A DNA stretch of 64,000 nt, taken from a virus. The position numbers were made by a program, and so were the translations under genes. How positions within the stretch are numbered: the first letter of the stretch is position 1; every line of letters starts with the position of its first letter. The stretch lies in IMG/VR virus record IMGVR_UViG_3300011429_000001, positions 15,962 through 79,961 of that record; one strand, written 5' to 3'. Of the stretch, positions 10,043-18,561 are shown one piece after another. The notes beneath the pieces were generated by a model. It searched no databases. It was not told the DNA's origin and saw only the letters and a list, made by a program, of their open reading frames with translations.

Positions 10043-11658
10043 TAGTGCCCCGCGTAGGTCAGCGACGACGCGGCGGTCAAGGTGCCGTTCGCCGCGGCCT
10101 CGTCCTGCTGCGCTCGGATCCGCTTGTCCTCGTCCCACTCGGCCTTCGCCCATCCGTTCGCGACTTGGAAGTCGAACATCTCCTTCTTCACGCGGAACAT
10201 CTCGTCGACCGTGACGCCGTCCGGCTGGACGAGGATCTCGTCGCGCGCGGAGAACCCGACGATCCACTGGTTGTCGTAGTTGTAGTCGTGGATCGTGATG
10301 CCGCTCTCGCGAGGATGCGTCCACCACCGCGAGCCGGGATACGGGATCCCGACCGCGAGGTTGCAGGAGTCGAGGTAGGGCTTGACCTTCAGGAGCCAGT
10401 CCTGCGTCTCCTTCATCGTGTCGAGCGTCTCGCCCGCCATGCCGATGACGAGGAAGGCGATCGTGTAGAAGCCCTGCTCTTTCGCGCGGATGATCGCGTC
10501 GGTGTTCTGCTGAACCTTCGTGCCCTTCTGGTTCGCGTCGAGCACCTTCTGGCTTCCGCTCTCGATGCCGAAGCACGTGACCTTGCACGACATCCGGTGG
10601 AGGCTCTCGGCGACGTGGTCGTCCATCGTGTTCACGCGGGTGTGAATGCGCGCGGCGAACGCGTTCCGACCGAACGCCGAGTCGATCGAGTCGGCGAGCT
10701 CGCGGAGCTTCGTCCGGTGTAGGGTGTAGGTGTCGTCCTGGAACTTGAACATCCGGACGCCCTTGTCCATCACGCTCGCCATCTCGGCGATGATATTCGC
10801 CGGGCTTCGGTAGCGCGGCTTCTGCCCGATCCACGGCGTCGAGCAGTAGGTACACTTGTAGGGACAGCCGCGCGTACCGATAATCGACATCACGGCGCCG
10901 CTCGCCTCCGGGTGGAACTCGTTCGGGAAGTACTTCTTCTTCATCACGGCGACGCCGTCGTTGTAGATGTGGTCGTGCGGGAGGAGGTCCCACGCCGGGA
11001 ACGGAATAACGTCGAGGTCCATCGCGTCGGCCTTGTCGCCGTAGTAGAACGGCTGGAGCTTCCCGGCGTCCCAATCCGAGAGCGCCTGCAGGACCGCGAC
11101 CTCGCCTTCCATGATGACGACCGTGTCGAAGAGCCGCTCGCCGTCGGCCGCGCGGTAGTCGCGACGCTGCGAGAGGCGGCCCTTATAGTGATAGTGCTCC
11201 TGCCGCCCGGCCTCGTAGGTCTCCTTCGGCTCGTAGCTCGGGTGCGGTCCGCCCGCGACGAGGAGCGCCTCCGGGTTGCGGTCCTTGATGTAGGCCGCGA
11301 GCTCAAGCGCCTCGCCGAACTGCGGCGTGCAGAAGCCGAACATGTGGACGTCCGAGTCCATCGCCTCTTCGGGGAGATGGATGTTGCCCTCGTATCGCTT
11401 GTCGAGCATCGACGTTACGATGACGTCGTGGCCTTGCTCGCGCATCAGACCGGCGATGTAGAGGACGCCGAGCGGCACGTTGGTCTTCGAGTCGGCGAGC
11501 CACGGCGACGACGGCAGGATGCAGTTGATCTTTAACCGCCGTCCTTCCTTCGCGAGGTTCCGGATCGGGAGACCGGACGTCGTCACCGACTCGCAGCTTC
11601 CGGAGCCGCTCATCTGGTAGGCGCTATTCAGCGCCGACACTGGAATTACTTTGCTCAT
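10042..11658 (-). CDS. Cobalamin-binding radical SAM enzyme (class B methylase-like)
   Basis: PLGVLYIA...GGPHPS B12 domain; RGCPYKCTYC (CX3CX2C); FQDDTY; FGIESGSQ. Confidence 0.93.
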   Translation of the reverse strand: MSKVIPVSALNSAYQMSGSGSCESVTTSGLPIRNLAKEGRRLKINCILPSSPWLADSKTNVPLGVLYIAGLMREQGHDVIVTSMLDKRYEGNIHLPEEAMDSDVHMFGFCTPQFGEALELAAYIKDRNPEALLVAGGPHPSYEPKETYEAGRQEHYHYKGRLSQRRDYRAADGERLFDTVVIMEGEVAVLQALSDWDAGKLQPFYYGDKADAMDLDVIPFPAWDLLPHDHIYNDGVAVMKKKYFPNEFHPEASGAVMSIIGTRGCPYKCTYCSTPWIGQKPRYRSPANIIAEMASVMDKGVRMFKFQDDTYTLHRTKLRELADSIDSAFGRNAFAARIHTRVNTMDDHVAESLHRMSCKVTCFGIESGSQKVLDANQKGTKVQQNTDAIIRAKEQGFYTIAFLVIGMAGETLDTMKETQDWLLKVKPYLDSCNLAVGIPYPGSRWWTHPRESGITIHDYNYDNQWIVGFSARDEILVQPDGVTVDEMFRVKKEMFDFQVANGWAKAEWDEDKRIRAQQDEAAANGTLTAASSLTYAGH

Positions 11659-11686
11659 AATTGTGCCTTTCCGTTGTCACCAGCCG

Positions 11687-12421
11687 TTAGGCCGGAGTGG
11701 ATGCCGCACGTTTCCGCATGCAGAGGTTAACGAACGAGTAGTTGTGAACGAAGTCGCCGCGGTAGTCGAAGTCGGTGTCGCCGACGAACTCAAGCCCGAA
11801 CCGCGCCGGGAGCTCGGCGACGAACTCCGGACGGTAGGGCGTGACCTGCAGGTGCCGCGAGACGCTCTGCTCGAAGTGCGCGAGGTCGCGGAAATAGTCG
11901 CTGGTGATAAAAACGAAGCCGCCCGGCTTCGTAATCCGAACCATCTCGCGGAGCGCCGCGTCGTGGTCGTGCACGTGCTCGACTGAACTGATACAGAGCG
12001 TGACGTCGAACTTATCCGTTGCGCCGCCCCAGCCAGGCGTCGCGCCCTCCGGCATGTTTTCCATGTCGAGGTTCCAGCACGGAAGAGAGATCCCGTAGGC
12101 GGCGCGCTGCGCGGCGACCATCGGCGTGACGTCGCCGTATTGCATGTTATCCGTACAGCAGAGCCGCGGATAAAGCTGCGCGAGGAACGGGTCGAAGAAC
12201 GACGCGCCGCTCCCGAGGTCGATCATCTCCGCGTCGCGCGGGACGTCGAGGTCGTGAAGCTGCTGGAGGACGCTCGCGTATTCCCAGAAGCGATGCGGAT
12301 GCCACTCTCGGTGCGGGACGCCGCGCGCGATCATCTCGTCGAGGTGCGCGTGCAGTCGCTCGTCGTAGGCGCGGAGCATCGGGTAGTCGTCCGGGTGTAG
12401 CGAGCGGTTGAACGGTCTCAC
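11687..12421 (-). CDS. Class I SAM-dependent methyltransferase
   Basis: IDLGSG motif I; FDVTLCISSVEHV; KPGG. Confidence 0.9.
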   Translation of the reverse strand: MRPFNRSLHPDDYPMLRAYDERLHAHLDEMIARGVPHREWHPHRFWEYASVLQQLHDLDVPRDAEMIDLGSGASFFDPFLAQLYPRLCCTDNMQYGDVTPMVAAQRAAYGISLPCWNLDMENMPEGATPGWGGATDKFDVTLCISSVEHVHDHDAALREMVRITKPGGFVFITSDYFRDLAHFEQSVSRHLQVTPYRPEFVAELPARFGLEFVGDTDFDYRGDFVHNYSFVNLCMRKRAASTPA

Positions 12422-12753
12422 AGAGTCCTCCAGTTACCGGCCTCGAAGAAGCCGTGCCAGTTACTCTTACCCTTGTGCCAGATACTCGGCGCGAACGTCG
12501 GCGCCGAGACGCTCCCGTCCCACTGCCAATACCCGGCTTGCTTCTCGCCCGCGCGAACGTAGAAGTGATCGTGCTTCGAGACGTAGCCCTCGCCGTTACT
12601 ATTCAGGATGCCGTCCGGCGCGCGATAGCAGAAGAGCGCGACGCCTTGGTAGCGCGCCTCCGGGTATGGGTCGAGGTCGAGGAACCAATCGCCGGTCTCC
12701 CTGACGTCGGCGGCCGACGCGACGCGGCGCCCGGGCGTAATGCCGTCGCTCAT
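12418..12753 (-). CDS. DUF6527-like protein
   Basis: WQWDGSVSAPTFAPSI...WHGF; start at MSDG with ATGA overlap. Confidence 0.65.
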   Translation of the reverse strand: MSDGITPGRRVASAADVRETGDWFLDLDPYPEARYQGVALFCYRAPDGILNSNGEGYVSKHDHFYVRAGEKQAGYWQWDGSVSAPTFAPSIWHKGKSNWHGFFEAGNWRTL

Positions 12754-13547
12754 CGGTAGATGTGCTCCCCGTCGTAGCGTTCCCACAACTTCTTGATATC
12801 GACGCCGTACTCGGCGAGCTGCGCCGTCGCTGCTGCGAGGTCGCGCGGCGCGCCGTGATACGGGTGGAAGTAGAGGAGCTCCGGGATCCGGATCATCTCG
12901 ACGCCAGCCTTATGGAGGCGGAACTGGAACTCGGTCTGCGCGTGCCCCCAGACCGTAAGCTGCTCGTTCATCGCGCCGACCTTCTCGAACGCATCGCGCC
13001 GAATGAGGTAGACGCCGGTATCGATCAGCGTGTATTCGGCCGCGGCGCCGGGTAACGTCTTCAACGAGACCGCGCCGCCGTTAACGCGCCACCCGGCGGC
13101 GTCGCAATCGAGGACCGTCACGTGCAGGTGATAGCAGTCGCCGGTAACGAAGCCGTGCCAGCCGTACCCGCGGACCGCCGCTTGCTGGACGCTCCGCGCG
13201 AGGAGGCCATCGGCGAGGAGATAGTCGGCGCGCGTGAAGAAGACCCACGGCGTCTTGGCCTCTCGGACGGCGACGTTCGTCGACCAGCTGTGCGTCTTCG
13301 TCGGGTCGCCGTGCTTGAAGCTCAGGAGCCGCGTCGGCACCGGGAAGTTCTGCTCGTTGATCGCCGCGGCGATCTCCGGCTGCGAGTCCTCGGTATTGTT
13401 GTCGACGACGACGACCTCGGCGAGCATATCCATGTTCTGACGGCGCAGCGAGTAGAGCGCGGCCCGCAAGTTATCGAGCGTGAGCGACCTGAAGTAGGTC
13501 ATACACGCCGTCGCCTGTAGCCGCGGTACCGGTCCGGCGACGCTCAC
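12750..13547 (-). CDS. GT2-like glycosyltransferase
   Basis: VVVVDNN, FTRADY, WGHAQTEF; GTG start overlapping the upstream TGA. Confidence 0.82.
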   Translation of the reverse strand: MSVAGPVPRLQATACMTYFRSLTLDNLRAALYSLRRQNMDMLAEVVVVDNNTEDSQPEIAAAINEQNFPVPTRLLSFKHGDPTKTHSWSTNVAVREAKTPWVFFTRADYLLADGLLARSVQQAAVRGYGWHGFVTGDCYHLHVTVLDCDAAGWRVNGGAVSLKTLPGAAAEYTLIDTGVYLIRRDAFEKVGAMNEQLTVWGHAQTEFQFRLHKAGVEMIRIPELLYFHPYHGAPRDLAAATAQLAEYGVDIKKLWERYDGEHIYR

Positions 13548-13885
13548 GGCAGGTAGACCTCGTCGTAGATGACGCCCGTCTCGTCTGAGACCGGCTCGAT
13601 GCGAAGCGCCTGGACTTCGAGGCGGTGCGGTTGAAACGGGCTCGTGATATCGAAGCGCATAATCGACGGGTCGTGCGAGACGAGGACGCCGCCGACGATA
13701 CAGAGGACGCTGCTGACTACCTCTTGCCCTGACATGTCGCGAACGAGGTGCGGGCCGCCCTCGTACCGGCAGCGATACTCCGCGCTGCCGCCGCTCGCGA
13801 ACCACGTCCCGGCGCCGTCGACGAAGCCCGGCTGCGCGACGATGGTCGCGTCGAAGAGCGGGAGGAGATCGTCGAGGAACGCCAT
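13544..13885 (-). CDS. Head closure protein (SPP1 gp16-like)
   Basis: YRCRYEGGPHLVRDMSGQEVVSS; follows the adaptor gene. Confidence 0.75.
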   Translation of the reverse strand: MAFLDDLLPLFDATIVAQPGFVDGAGTWFASGGSAEYRCRYEGGPHLVRDMSGQEVVSSVLCIVGGVLVSHDPSIMRFDITSPFQPHRLEVQALRIEPVSDETGVIYDEVYLP

Positions 13886-13889
13886 GCGC

Positions 13890-14258
13890 TCACAGCGCTT
13901 TCAGGATCGCGGGACGCGAGAGGGAAAGGTGGGTGCACTTCTGACGGAGGCCGTTCAGGTAGTTGTCGTAGGCTTCGAGCGCGCTCTGCGTGCCGCCACC
14001 AGCGTATTGGATACGGAGCTTCGAGACGACCTTCTCGACGATACCGCCGGTCGACGCCATCCAGAACGCCATCGCGACGCTTCCGGCTTGCGCCGCCGCG
14101 CAGTACTTCGCGGCCTCGGCCGACGCGCCGTGCGCTTGGACCTCGACGAGGAGCGCCGCGATCGTCGCGTCGGTAACGGCCTCGTCGGTCGGATCGGTAT
14201 CTCCGATGAGGAGGCGGACCCAGTCCTTATCGGTCGGCAGCGACGGGTCGAAGCTCAC
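13890..14258 (-). CDS. Head-tail adaptor protein
   Basis: DWVRLLIGDTD...VTDATI pattern typical of adaptors; position after capsid. Confidence 0.75.
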   Translation of the reverse strand: MSFDPSLPTDKDWVRLLIGDTDPTDEAVTDATIAALLVEVQAHGASAEAAKYCAAAQAGSVAMAFWMASTGGIVEKVVSKLRIQYAGGGTQSALEAYDNYLNGLRQKCTHLSLSRPAILKAL

Positions 14259-14503
14259 GGTCGGCTACCTCCGCGCATCTGCGCCGTACGCGGCTCGTCG
14301 GTACGAATCAGTTCGACCGTCTTACCGCTATCGCCCATTACGTAGGCCATTCCGCCCGCAGGGATGTCGACGTTCTTCGTCGTGCCGTCCTTCAGCTTCA
14401 TTACGATCAGCTTTCCGGTCGGACGCGGCGCGACTTCGTACTCGGCGCACTCGTGCATCTTATGGCCGCGGACGTTCGGGAGCATCACCTTGATGGAAAA
14501 CAT
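14255..14503 (-). CDS. Hypothetical protein
   Basis: 82 aa coupled ORF. Confidence 0.65.
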   Translation of the reverse strand: MFSIKVMLPNVRGHKMHECAEYEVAPRPTGKLIVMKLKDGTTKNVDIPAGGMAYVMGDSGKTVELIRTDEPRTAQMRGGSRP

Positions 14504-14510
14504 CGACGGC

Positions 14511-14954
14511 CTACTTCCGTTTGCCAGCGGTCTTTTTCTTCGCCGTCTTTTTGGACTCGCGCGGCTTCGGCGTCTGCTCGTTCCCGCTCTTCGTCGGCGC
14601 GGCCGGTGGTGCAGCCGGAGGCGGCGGCGGCGGTACTGGCGCCGGTACCGCGGGCGGCGCGGGTGCGACGGGTTCGACCGGCGTAGGCGGCTCCGCGTCG
14701 GCCGCTGGCTCGGGCTCCTGCGTATTTACCGGCTGCGGGATCGGGAGCGGATTCATCTGCATCGAGAGGGCGCGCCCGGCGGCGATCTCTTCGGGCGTCG
14801 CGAGCCGGATCGACTCGTACTTCTCTTCCGCTTGTTCCAGAGAGAGCTCGATCAGGTCGCCGCGCTTTCGCGTGACAAGCGTGCCGCCCTTGCCCCTTGC
14901 GTCGCCGCCCTCGAAGCGTGCGAATTTGCCGAACTCAATAACGTATATGGGCAT
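14511..14954 (-). CDS. Pro/Ala-rich hypothetical protein downstream of the capsid gene
   Basis: AAGGAG RBS; PAPPAVPAPVPPPPPP linker; Lys-rich tail. Confidence 0.7.
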   Translation of the reverse strand: MPIYVIEFGKFARFEGGDARGKGGTLVTRKRGDLIELSLEQAEEKYESIRLATPEEIAAGRALSMQMNPLPIPQPVNTQEPEPAADAEPPTPVEPVAPAPPAVPAPVPPPPPPAAPPAAPTKSGNEQTPKPRESKKTAKKKTAGKRK

Positions 14955-14983
14955 GGGCTGCTACTCCTTCTATGTGGGAAACG

Positions 14984-15021
14984 GACCCGCGGGCGACGAT
15001 GGATTCGCGCGCCCGCGGGTC
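14984..15021 (-). terminator. Strong hairpin after the major capsid gene (terminator/attenuator candidate)
   Basis: 12-bp perfect inverted repeat GACCCGCGGGCG/CGCCCGCGGGTC with 14-nt loop; only a short U tract (CGTTTCCC). Confidence 0.5.
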
Positions 15022-15041
15022 GGTTCTTACGACGTCGAGAT

Positions 15042-16064
15042 CTAGACCGTGTTACCGGTCACGATGCCCGACTGGTCGGTGTAGGTCGTCTTCACGCGCG
15101 GGATAATGCACGCGAGAACGATCCAGTTCATCCCGAGACCGCCGTCCTGATCCCACGAAATAACCGTGGGCTCCTGACCGACGACGAGATCGATAACGTC
15201 GCTCGTGCGCTGCACGAGGACGGTGCGGTTCGCCGGGAGCATATCGGCCGAGCGGACGCGGAGCGTCTGGCCGCCGAACGACATCTGCTCCAGACGCTGA
15301 CGGATGGTCGTCGGGAACGTCGTGACGCCGTCCGTCCAGTTGCGGTTCAGGATCAGGTCGTAGGCCGTGTTCACGTAGAGCGTGTACGGGCCGAACTTCC
15401 TGTCGCCGACCGCGAGCGCGACCATCGCGAGAACGTCGTCGACGATCTCTTGACCGGTCTTGCCCGCCGCGTTCCACGCCTCGCCGCCCGCGTACTGATA
15501 CGCGTTGACGTTCGGCGCGTTCAGCAAGCCCGGGACCGAGCTGCCGAAGACCGGCGTCGGGATGCCGTTGATCGCGGCGTCTTCGATCGCCTCGTTCACG
15601 CGGCGCGTCGCGACCTCGATGAGCGTCGTGTCGAGCGGAACGCCGCCGCCACGCTGGCTCGCCGAGAGGGTGCGGATGCCGAGCTCGAAGCTGTCCCACG
15701 TCAGGTAGACGGGGAGGATCTTCGCACGTCGGTCAACGATGAAGTTCTCGCCGCGGGCGCGAGGCTCCATCGTGCGCTTCGCGCCACCGGCCTCGTTCTG
15801 CTCGTCCCACTGCACCTGCGTGGTGCCCCAGAACGACTGGCCGATGTCGTACGTGAGTCCGTCGCTCATCAAATCGGCGACGACGGAGAGTCGATCGAGA
15901 CCGACCTTGAGGACGGTATCGTCGATCAACTTCTGCGCGTTCTCCGGCAGTGGACGCAAGGCGCGGAACTGCTGGACCGTGAGCTTGCCCTCCACCAGCA
16001 GGCGAAGCGCGGGAGGCGCCCCTGCGGGGAGCGGCTGTCCGATGCTTACAAGGTTCCTCGACAT
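15042..16064 (-). CDS. Major capsid protein, HK97 fold, encapsulin/Linocin-M18-like
   Basis: PLDTTLIEVATRRVNEAIEDAAING...GLLNAP...FGPYTLYV; AGGAGG RBS. Confidence 0.9.
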   Translation of the reverse strand: MSRNLVSIGQPLPAGAPPALRLLVEGKLTVQQFRALRPLPENAQKLIDDTVLKVGLDRLSVVADLMSDGLTYDIGQSFWGTTQVQWDEQNEAGGAKRTMEPRARGENFIVDRRAKILPVYLTWDSFELGIRTLSASQRGGGVPLDTTLIEVATRRVNEAIEDAAINGIPTPVFGSSVPGLLNAPNVNAYQYAGGEAWNAAGKTGQEIVDDVLAMVALAVGDRKFGPYTLYVNTAYDLILNRNWTDGVTTFPTTIRQRLEQMSFGGQTLRVRSADMLPANRTVLVQRTSDVIDLVVGQEPTVISWDQDGGLGMNWIVLACIIPRVKTTYTDQSGIVTGNTV

Positions 16065-16072
16065 GTATCCTC

Positions 16073-16498
16073 CTAAACGGCCTCGACGCGGATACGCGCG
16101 TCGCCGGTGGTGGCGTTCTTGGCTTCGATGGCTCGCGCGAGCGGCACGCCTGCGGCCAGCGCGCGGAGCTTACCCGCACCGGCTGATTCGAGCACGGCAC
16201 CGTCGGCGACGTTCTGACCGGACGCCAGCCACGCGAGGCCGGTCGATCCCGCCGGGAACACGCCTGCCCAGAGCAGGTCGTTTGCCGCGTAGGTATCGTC
16301 GATGGTCTTGTTCATCTCCGGCGCGTCGAGCGCGAGAGTGAGCGGTCCCGCCGCCGCCGCCGGGTGGAAGCCGTAGGCGCCGCCGCTGCGCGCGACGGCC
16401 ATGCCGGGCGTCAACGCGACCGAGGTCGCGATGTCGTTGACGCGGACGATGTTGCCCGCGAGGTGGATTACGTTTGCCGCGTAGTGGGTGATGGCCAT
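16073..16498 (-). CDS. Capsid decoration/cement protein
   Basis: LTPGMAV...GQNVADGAVLESAGAGKL...ARAIEA; between protease and capsid genes. Confidence 0.75.
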   Translation of the reverse strand: MAITHYAANVIHLAGNIVRVNDIATSVALTPGMAVARSGGAYGFHPAAAAGPLTLALDAPEMNKTIDDTYAANDLLWAGVFPAGSTGLAWLASGQNVADGAVLESAGAGKLRALAAGVPLARAIEAKNATTGDARIRVEAV

Positions 16499-16524
16499 TG
16501 TCTGGGTCTCCTCTTACGCGAGGC

Positions 16525-18228
16525 CTAAGCCTGCGCTCCGTTGCGCTTCGCGACAGCCATCGACCACGGCTTCGGCGCTTCGGCGACCTGCGCCGGTTCG
16601 GTCGTCGCCGCGCGGTCGAGCGCCACGTAGTCGACCGACGCGGACTGCGCGGTCGTCAACTGGAGCAGCCCGGCGATGTCCTGGAGCTGTTCGAGCTCCA
16701 TCGTCTTGAGCCGCGCTTCGCTGTACTGCGTCTGCGCGCCCTTCAGTTGGTTCACCAGCACGTTCTTCTGCGCGTTCCTCTGCGCCGTGTGCTGTGCGGC
16801 CATCGAGCGGAGCGTCTGGAGCTCCTCGGCCGGGACCTGGACCGTACCCGCCGCCGCTGCCGTTGCAGCTGCCGTTGCGGCCGCGACGCGTTCCGCTTCC
16901 GCCCGCTCTTCCGCGGTCGGCTCGGCCTGCGCCGTCGCGTGCGTTTCGCACGCGGTGAGTCGGTCCTCGCTCAACGTATCGAGGTAGGCGCGGTCGCCCT
17001 CGTCGAACGGAGAGCGCGGATTGCTGATGAGCGCCGTTACGCGCTCGGCCTTCGTAGGCATCGTCGCTCCTTCTGCGCCCTCGGCGCCTCTGGTACCATG
17101 GCCGCCGCACGTGCAAGCGTGGCGCGCCGTTGAATGTTCCGCTGCTGCTGCTGTAACGGGCACCCACTCGGTCCGTTGCCGGACCGGCGCGCGCTCGTCG
17201 GAGAGGGTCGCCTTGCCGTCGGCCGACAGCGTGTAGCTACGCTGATACGGCTTCAATGGCGTCGGACCGCCAGGGTCCGGGTCGATGAGATAGACGAACG
17301 TCTTGTCGTCCGGCACGACGCTGGTCACCGCGACGAAGTTCGGCTCGACGCGACGGAGCGCCTCGCAGAGGATGTCGCGGAGTTCCGAGTCGCTCATACC
17401 AGCGAGCGTTTCGAGCTGCGCGAGATCGTCGACGCCGACGGCGCCGAGGTAGGCAGCGAGCTTTGGATTCACGGTCGCCTCCGATGCCGCGGTGGCTTCT
17501 TCTTCCTCGGCCGCCGCTGCGGCGGCGCGCAGCGTAGCCGACTCGGCGACTTGCGAGCGCAGCGTTGCGGTCTCGCCGTCGGTGAGCGCGCGGAGCCCAG
17601 TTGGTTCAATGTTGTAGTGCCGAACGGCGTTACGCGGCGTGCCGCAGCCCATCTCGACGCTGCAGGCTCCGATAAGGCCCTCGCGGAGGAGCGCGACGTG
17701 GTCGGGAATGATCTCGCGCCAGATGCTACCGTAGGTCTCGCCGTTCGGCGCGACGCCTTCGATACGCTCGGCGACGACGAAGCAGCCGACGGAGATCTCG
17801 ATCGGCTCGTTCTCGCGGAGGCGGCGGAGGATCTCGGCGCCGTCGGCGACGACCGCGGCGCGACGCGGGTCGATCCAGACTTCGCCCTGTAGCCGCTTCG
17901 ACTCGTAGATCGCGTTGAAGATCTGGCCGAAGCTGTGGCGCTCCAACACCGCGGGCGTATTCGCGGAGACCATCGCGCCCTCTTCCGAGGGATGGTCTCC
18001 TGCCATCAGCACGCGGCCGTTCCATCCGGCCGGTGCGATCTGGAGCGTCTCGGCCGGAACGAACTCCGGCGTCTCAGCGTTGATCGGGAAGATGACCGCG
18101 TCGCCGAGGAGCATTACGATCGGCGCGATGACGTGCTCGACGCCGAGCAGCGTGCCGAGACGGACTTCGGTCGTCGATACGGCGCCGACGAGCCGGATGC
18201 CGCGCAGTTCGCGATTTAGCGAGGTCAT
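16525..18228 (-). CDS. DUF2213-type prohead protease/scaffold
   Basis: HPSE...EISVG...IIPDHVALL...GACSVEMGCG; helical C-terminal scaffold. Confidence 0.85.
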   Translation of the reverse strand: MTSLNRELRGIRLVGAVSTTEVRLGTLLGVEHVIAPIVMLLGDAVIFPINAETPEFVPAETLQIAPAGWNGRVLMAGDHPSEEGAMVSANTPAVLERHSFGQIFNAIYESKRLQGEVWIDPRRAAVVADGAEILRRLRENEPIEISVGCFVVAERIEGVAPNGETYGSIWREIIPDHVALLREGLIGACSVEMGCGTPRNAVRHYNIEPTGLRALTDGETATLRSQVAESATLRAAAAAAEEEEATAASEATVNPKLAAYLGAVGVDDLAQLETLAGMSDSELRDILCEALRRVEPNFVAVTSVVPDDKTFVYLIDPDPGGPTPLKPYQRSYTLSADGKATLSDERAPVRQRTEWVPVTAAAAEHSTARHACTCGGHGTRGAEGAEGATMPTKAERVTALISNPRSPFDEGDRAYLDTLSEDRLTACETHATAQAEPTAEERAEAERVAAATAAATAAAAGTVQVPAEELQTLRSMAAQHTAQRNAQKNVLVNQLKGAQTQYSEARLKTMELEQLQDIAGLLQLTTAQSASVDYVALDRAATTEPAQVAEAPKPWSMAVAKRNGAQA

Positions 18229-18312
18229 TACGAGCGCGAAGAATAGACCATATATCCGCGCGTACGTGAAAGTCCTACTACATCTGGTAGGTTTCTACTG
18301 AAATGGCGAGGC
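18229..18312 (-). promoter_or_regulatory. AT-rich intergenic region upstream of the head operon (possible late promoter)
   Basis: Conspicuously AT-rich 84 bp with TTTCAC, TATATG and TATTCT hexamers and a short CCTAC/GTAGG inverted repeat; spacing not canonical. Confidence 0.3.
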
Positions 18313-18561
18313 CTACGGCTTGCGGATTACCTGCCGACCAGGCGTCGAGATACTCACGCTGACGCGGCCGACGAAGCCGTCCGCGACGAACTCGCGAATT
18401 TGGTCGAGGGAGATGGCGAGCTCGTAGGTGTTCCAGTCGTTTCCGCACTTGCAGACGTGGTGCCGCTTATGCGCGCCGACGCTCGGGACCGGTCGGCTAT
18501 CGGTAACGCGGCCTCGTCGACCGCACTTTAAGCAGAGTTTCGGATTCGCTGGGCGGCTCAT
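18313..18561 (-). CDS. NrdR/Ogr-like zinc-ribbon protein
   Basis: CLKCG...VTDSR...KRHHVCKCGNDWNTYE; ATGA overlap with the MuF stop. Confidence 0.7.
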   Translation of the reverse strand: MSRPANPKLCLKCGRRGRVTDSRPVPSVGAHKRHHVCKCGNDWNTYELAISLDQIREFVADGFVGRVSVSISTPGRQVIRKP

